64,000 bases of DNA from Gammaproteobacteria bacterium (lineage in GTDB: Bacteria > Pseudomonadota > Gammaproteobacteria > Steroidobacterales > Woeseiaceae), in the NCBI GenBank assembly GCA_009937605.1, contig JAACFG010000001.1, positions 9,527-73,526 of the forward strand, in the 5' to 3' direction. Shown one piece after another: positions 60,272 through 64,000 of this stretch. The stretch's first letter is position 1. The number at the start of each line of letters is the position of its first letter. Under the pieces are notes generated by a model, which was given only the letters and a program-made list of their open reading frames with translations, did not search any database and was not told the origin of the DNA. The position numbers were made by a program, and so were the translations under genes.

Positions 60272-61723
60272 ATGAACTGGACGGTCGTACAACGCATCCT
60301 CGGCTTGCTGCTAATGATGTTCAGCCTGACGATGCTGCCCCCGGTTCTGTTTAGCTTCTATTACGACGATCATTCCTGGCTTCCGTTTGTTGAGGGCTTC
60401 GGACTGACGCTGGCTTCGGGCCTCCTTTGCTGGCTGCCGGTCCACCGGTCGAAGAAAGACCTGCGCCTGCGCGACGGCTTTCTCGTCGTCGCTGCATTCT
60501 GGACCGTCCTCGGGACATTCGGTGCGGCACCGCTGTACTTTTCAGATGTGCTGTCCCTGTCTGTTACGGACGCCGTATTCGAGTCGATGTCCGGTCTAAC
60601 GACGACCGGTGCCACTGTCCTTACGGGTCTTGACGAACTGCCGGTGTCGATCCTTTACTACCGGCAACAGCTACAGTGGCTCGGCGGCATGGGTATCATC
60701 GTTTTGGCCGTTGCGGTTCTTCCGATGCTTGGAGTGGGTGGTATGCAGCTGTATCGCGCTGAAACGCCCGGGCCGGTCAAGGACACCAAGTTAACGCCGC
60801 GAATCACTGAGACCGCCAAAGCGCTGTGGTACGTCTACCTCGCATTCACAATCACGTGCATGATCGGATATCGCATCGCCGGCATGGGGTGGTTCGACGC
60901 GCTTTGTCATTCGTTCTCGACAGTGGCCATCGGCGGCTTTTCAACACATGACGCAAGCATCGCGTATTTCGATAGTGCGGCTGTCGACCTGGTCGCCGTG
61001 TTCTTCATGTTCGTCGCCGGCATCAACTTCTCATTGCACTTTTTCGCCTGGCGCTATGTCTCCATTAGGCACTATTTCCAGGATCAGGAATTTCGAGCGT
61101 ACAGTTTCGTTCTGCTCGTCGTGTCAACAGTCGTGATCGGTTCACTATTCATCTATCGCGGGTTCGCGGATCCAGTCGACACATTCCTGAATGGGCTGTT
61201 TCAGTCGGTGTCCATTGCCACGACAACCGGGTTCACGACAGAGAACTTCGCCATCTGGCCCGCCGCAATACCGGTGCTGCTGATCTTCTCGAGTTTTATC
61301 GGTGGCTCGGCTGGCTCGACGGCTGGCGGCATCAAGGTGATTCGCTGGCTGCTCGTTTATAAGCAGGGCGTTCGCGAAATCGCCCGGCTCGTCCACCCGA
61401 GTGCCGAGATACCCGTGAAACTCGGTAACAAAGCGGTATCGTCCCGCGTTGTCGAGGCGGTCTGGGGGTTTTTCTCCGTCTACATTATTGTCTTCGGAGC
61501 CATGATGCTTGCGATGATGGCAACCGGGCTGGACCAGGTTACGGCTTTTTCAGCCGTGGCCGCTACGCTCAATAACCTCGGCCCCGGCCTCGGCGGTGTC
61601 GCGTCCGGGTTTATGGACTTGAGTGACGTGGCGAAGTGGATATCGGTTGCCGGTATGTTGCTTGGACGTCTCGAGATCTTCACGCTGCTCGTTCTGATTA
61701 CGCCAACATTCTGGCGCACTTGA
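60272..61723 (+). CDS. trkH: Trk potassium uptake system membrane component
   Basis: 483 aa, multi-TM with repeated selectivity-filter-like segments (SGLTTTGATV, STVAIGGFS, SIATTTGFTT, NNLGPGLGG). Confidence 0.9.
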   Translation: MNWTVVQRILGLLLMMFSLTMLPPVLFSFYYDDHSWLPFVEGFGLTLASGLLCWLPVHRSKKDLRLRDGFLVVAAFWTVLGTFGAAPLYFSDVLSLSVTDAVFESMSGLTTTGATVLTGLDELPVSILYYRQQLQWLGGMGIIVLAVAVLPMLGVGGMQLYRAETPGPVKDTKLTPRITETAKALWYVYLAFTITCMIGYRIAGMGWFDALCHSFSTVAIGGFSTHDASIAYFDSAAVDLVAVFFMFVAGINFSLHFFAWRYVSIRHYFQDQEFRAYSFVLLVVSTVVIGSLFIYRGFADPVDTFLNGLFQSVSIATTTGFTTENFAIWPAAIPVLLIFSSFIGGSAGSTAGGIKVIRWLLVYKQGVREIARLVHPSAEIPVKLGNKAVSSRVVEAVWGFFSVYIIVFGAMMLAMMATGLDQVTAFSAVAATLNNLGPGLGGVASGFMDLSDVAKWISVAGMLLGRLEIFTLLVLITPTFWRT

Positions 61724-61726
61724 GCT

Positions 61727-62236
61727 TTGGGCGCAGGGCGAACCCAGAACCGAATTGATCGCATTAGTATTGCGTCCGGCCGTGTGGCCGCCTGGCTCAC
61801 GCTCGTCATGGTCGTCGTCACGTTCGTAGTCGTCATCATGCGCTACGCGTTTGATGCGGGTTTTATCTGGGTACAAGAATCCGTTGTCTGGATGCATGCC
61901 GTGGTGTTTATGCTCGGTGCCGCGTACACCCTGCAAGCCGAGGAGCATGTGCGTGTCGATGTCCTTTACCGCACTATGAGTGAGCGACGACGCGCGTGGG
62001 TGGATCTCGTCGGGGTTATCATCTTCCTGTTACCCGTGTGCCTGTTCCTTGGCTGGAATTCGTTCGACTTTGTCACGCAGTCCTGGAGTCTCCGGGAATC
62101 CTCTCGTGAATCCGGCGGGCTGCCATATCCGTTTGTCCCGATGCTCAAGTCAGTCCTGTTACTGATGCCACTAAGCGTTGCGTTGCAGGGTTTGTCACTG
62201 GCCCTCAAATCACTCAAAACGCTGCGAGGCCGGTAA
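61727..62236 (+). CDS. TRAP transporter small permease (DctQ family)
   Basis: 4-TM pattern and the typical IWVQESVVWMHA…VRVDVLY motif. TTG start, so the boundary is uncertain. Confidence 0.75.
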   Translation: MGAGRTQNRIDRISIASGRVAAWLTLVMVVVTFVVVIMRYAFDAGFIWVQESVVWMHAVVFMLGAAYTLQAEEHVRVDVLYRTMSERRRAWVDLVGVIIFLLPVCLFLGWNSFDFVTQSWSLRESSRESGGLPYPFVPMLKSVLLLMPLSVALQGLSLALKSLKTLRGR

Positions 62237-62239
62237 GCG

Positions 62240-63613
62240 ATGGAGTGGGTTGCGGCAGTCATGTTTCTTACGGTCATTCTCGTATTGCTTGCCGGCTTCC
62301 CGGTCGCCTTCACGCTGGGCGGGACTGCGTTGATATTTGCCGGCCTCGGCATTATCGGAGGCGGCTTTAACGAGGCGCTGCTGCTTGGCCTGCCGAATCG
62401 TGTCTTCGGCGTAATGACGAACGAAACCCTTATGGCCGTGCCGCTCTTCGTGTTCATGGGCGTCACGCTGGAGCGTGCGCGCATCGCCGAGGAATTGCTC
62501 GAGACTCTTAGCGGCCTCTTCGGATCCTTACGCGGCGGTCTCGGGATATCTGTGACGATTGTCGGGATGATGCTTGCAGCCAGTACCGGCATCGTCGGGG
62601 CGACCGTTGTGACGATGGGGCTGTTGTCTTTGCCCACGATGCTCAAGCGCGGTTACGCACCCGAGATCGCGAGCGGGACGATCTGCGCATCGGGCACGCT
62701 GGGTCAAATCATTCCGCCGTCGATTATCCTGGTGATGCTCGGTGATGTGATGACAACGGCGTACCAGCAAGCGCAGCTGGAGATGGGAGTCTACTCACCC
62801 AAAACGGTCTCGGTCGGCGACCTGTTCGCCGGGGCGTTGATTCCGGGTCTGCTGCTTGTCTTGCTGTATGTCATTTACATCCTGATCACTGCGTGGTTTC
62901 GGCCGCACACCATGCCCGCGCATCGTATTGACGATGGGCAGTCGATCACCCTGTGGCAGGTTTTGAGGGCGTTGGCGCCGCCGTTGATCCTGATTTTTGC
63001 CGTGCTTGGTTCGATCCTCATGGGGCTCGCGACGCCCACCGAGGCCGCCGGCGTTGGCGCCATGGGCGCCCTGCTGCTCGCCTTGCTGCGGCGCCAGCTG
63101 AACGTAGGCCGCTTGCAGGACATCATGCGCGCTACATTGCGCATCAGCAGCATGGTTTTCATGATTCTGATCGGCGCGTCGATCTTCTCGCTGGTCTTCC
63201 GCGGTTACGGCGGCGACGACGGCGTACGGGCTGTTCTCGAGTCATTACCGGGCGGGATCGTCGGGGCCGTCATCGTCGTGATGCTCGTGATGTTCCTGCT
63301 GGGCTTCGTGCTCGACTTTATCGAAATCACCTTTGTGGTTGTCCCCATTGTGGGGCCGGTGCTGCTCGCCATGGGCCTCGACCCCGTTTGGCTGGGAATC
63401 ATGATTGCAATCAACCTGCAGACATCATTCCTGACACCGCCGTTCGGCTTTGCCCTGTTCTATTTGCGCGGAGTTGCGCCACCGTCAGTCACTACCGGCC
63501 ACATCTATCGGGGCGCGGTACCGTTCGTTGCGATTCAGTTGTTTGCGTTGTTGCTAATAGCGCTGTTCCCGGAGCTCGTCACGTGGCTCCCGGACAGGAT
63601 CTATAACAGCTAG
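62240..63613 (+). CDS. TRAP transporter large permease (DctM family)
   Basis: 457 aa with 12 or more TM segments. Typical DctM segments (PLFVFMGV…, TLGQIIPPSI, GVGAMGALLLA). Confidence 0.9.
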   Translation: MEWVAAVMFLTVILVLLAGFPVAFTLGGTALIFAGLGIIGGGFNEALLLGLPNRVFGVMTNETLMAVPLFVFMGVTLERARIAEELLETLSGLFGSLRGGLGISVTIVGMMLAASTGIVGATVVTMGLLSLPTMLKRGYAPEIASGTICASGTLGQIIPPSIILVMLGDVMTTAYQQAQLEMGVYSPKTVSVGDLFAGALIPGLLLVLLYVIYILITAWFRPHTMPAHRIDDGQSITLWQVLRALAPPLILIFAVLGSILMGLATPTEAAGVGAMGALLLALLRRQLNVGRLQDIMRATLRISSMVFMILIGASIFSLVFRGYGGDDGVRAVLESLPGGIVGAVIVVMLVMFLLGFVLDFIEITFVVVPIVGPVLLAMGLDPVWLGIMIAINLQTSFLTPPFGFALFYLRGVAPPSVTTGHIYRGAVPFVAIQLFALLLIALFPELVTWLPDRIYNS

Positions 63614-63631
63614 CTTCGGCGCCGTCGCGCG

Positions 63632-64000
63632 CTACCAGTACGCGCTGACTTTTGAAAGCTGTCTCTCCGCCTCCTGCGCGACCGCGACCGCGTCACCGCC
63701 TTTTTTTGCAACCAGGAGGGTGAGCAGGGATTCGACCACCGCCAGCGCACCCGTGAATGAATGATAGAAGGTGTTGGACCGATTCTGCGCAATAATCGTA
63801 TGTCCCGCCGCATTCGCCACAGGTGACACCACACTGTCCGTGATCGCGATGATATTCGCTTTGGCGTCTGCCGCGTAGGAAACCGCATCGATCGTTAACT
63901 GCGTGTACGGCGGAAACGAGATAACCAGCAGACTGTCCTGCTCGCCGATACCACGAAGCTGGTCTGCGAAAATCCCTGCTCGCGTATCCACGATACGGCA
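63632..64000 (-). CDS. RpiR/MurR-family regulator, C-terminal SIS domain only (gene continues past the right edge)
   Basis: SIS-like segment LLVISFPPYTQLTIDAVSYAADAKANIIAITDS. The frame stays open to position 64000. Confidence 0.6.
   Translation of the reverse strand, partial: CRIVDTRAGIFADQLRGIGEQDSLLVISFPPYTQLTIDAVSYAADAKANIIAITDSVVSPVANAAGHTIIAQNRSNTFYHSFTGALAVVESLLTLLVAKKGGDAVAVAQEAERQLSKVSAYW

Overview
Densely coding, high-GC proteobacterial chromosome segment. The synteny looks gammaproteobacterial: ponA divergent from pilMNOPQ-aroK-aroB, rpoZ-spoT-ridA-recG, and hemW-rdgB-rph. Most of the window is housekeeping: hemE' and pyrF, a dGTPase-like protein, shikimate genes, the type IV pilus assembly operon, PBP1A, gltA, rpmE, gmk, ubiA, comF and bioC, an aa3-type cytochrome oxidase biogenesis cluster, uvrD, trkAH and TRAP dctQM. 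I saw no rRNA, tRNA, CRISPR array, integrase or transposase.

Two patches look accessory.

(1) About 29.3-41.5 kb is a denitrification-type island.
- It has a Dnr-type Crp/Fnr regulator and three TTGAC-N4-GTCAA boxes.
- A translationally coupled operon encodes a heme-copper oxidase-family enzyme: a CuA subunit II, and a subunit I in which Gln replaces the cross-linking Tyr.
- The same operon carries a SenC/Sco protein, a fused cytochrome b / 2x[4Fe-4S] / MvhD-like membrane protein, an unknown 163-aa protein and a hemerythrin.
- Converging on it is a TonB-dependent receptor gene followed by a lipoprotein-type nirS with an extra fused cytochrome c.
- The gene content resembles the sNOR (norSY-senC-orf1) clusters of ammonia oxidisers. 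This is my best candidate for a poorly described system.

(2) About 53.2-56.7 kb holds an ECF sigma factor, a putative anti-sigma factor, a signal-peptide-bearing protein that is about 70% Asp/Glu with internal tandem repeats, and a TPR plus beta-barrel outer-membrane protein.

Other oddities:
- coxB and coxA form one in-frame ORF, which is topologically paradoxical.
- A perfect inverted pair of consensus DnaA boxes with a central GATC lies upstream of rpmE.
- A 111-bp element with 25-bp inverted arms sits in a convergent intergenic region.
- A C-terminal gene remnant lies next to the ECF module.

All calls come from reading the ORF translations and the DNA by eye. No database search was run.
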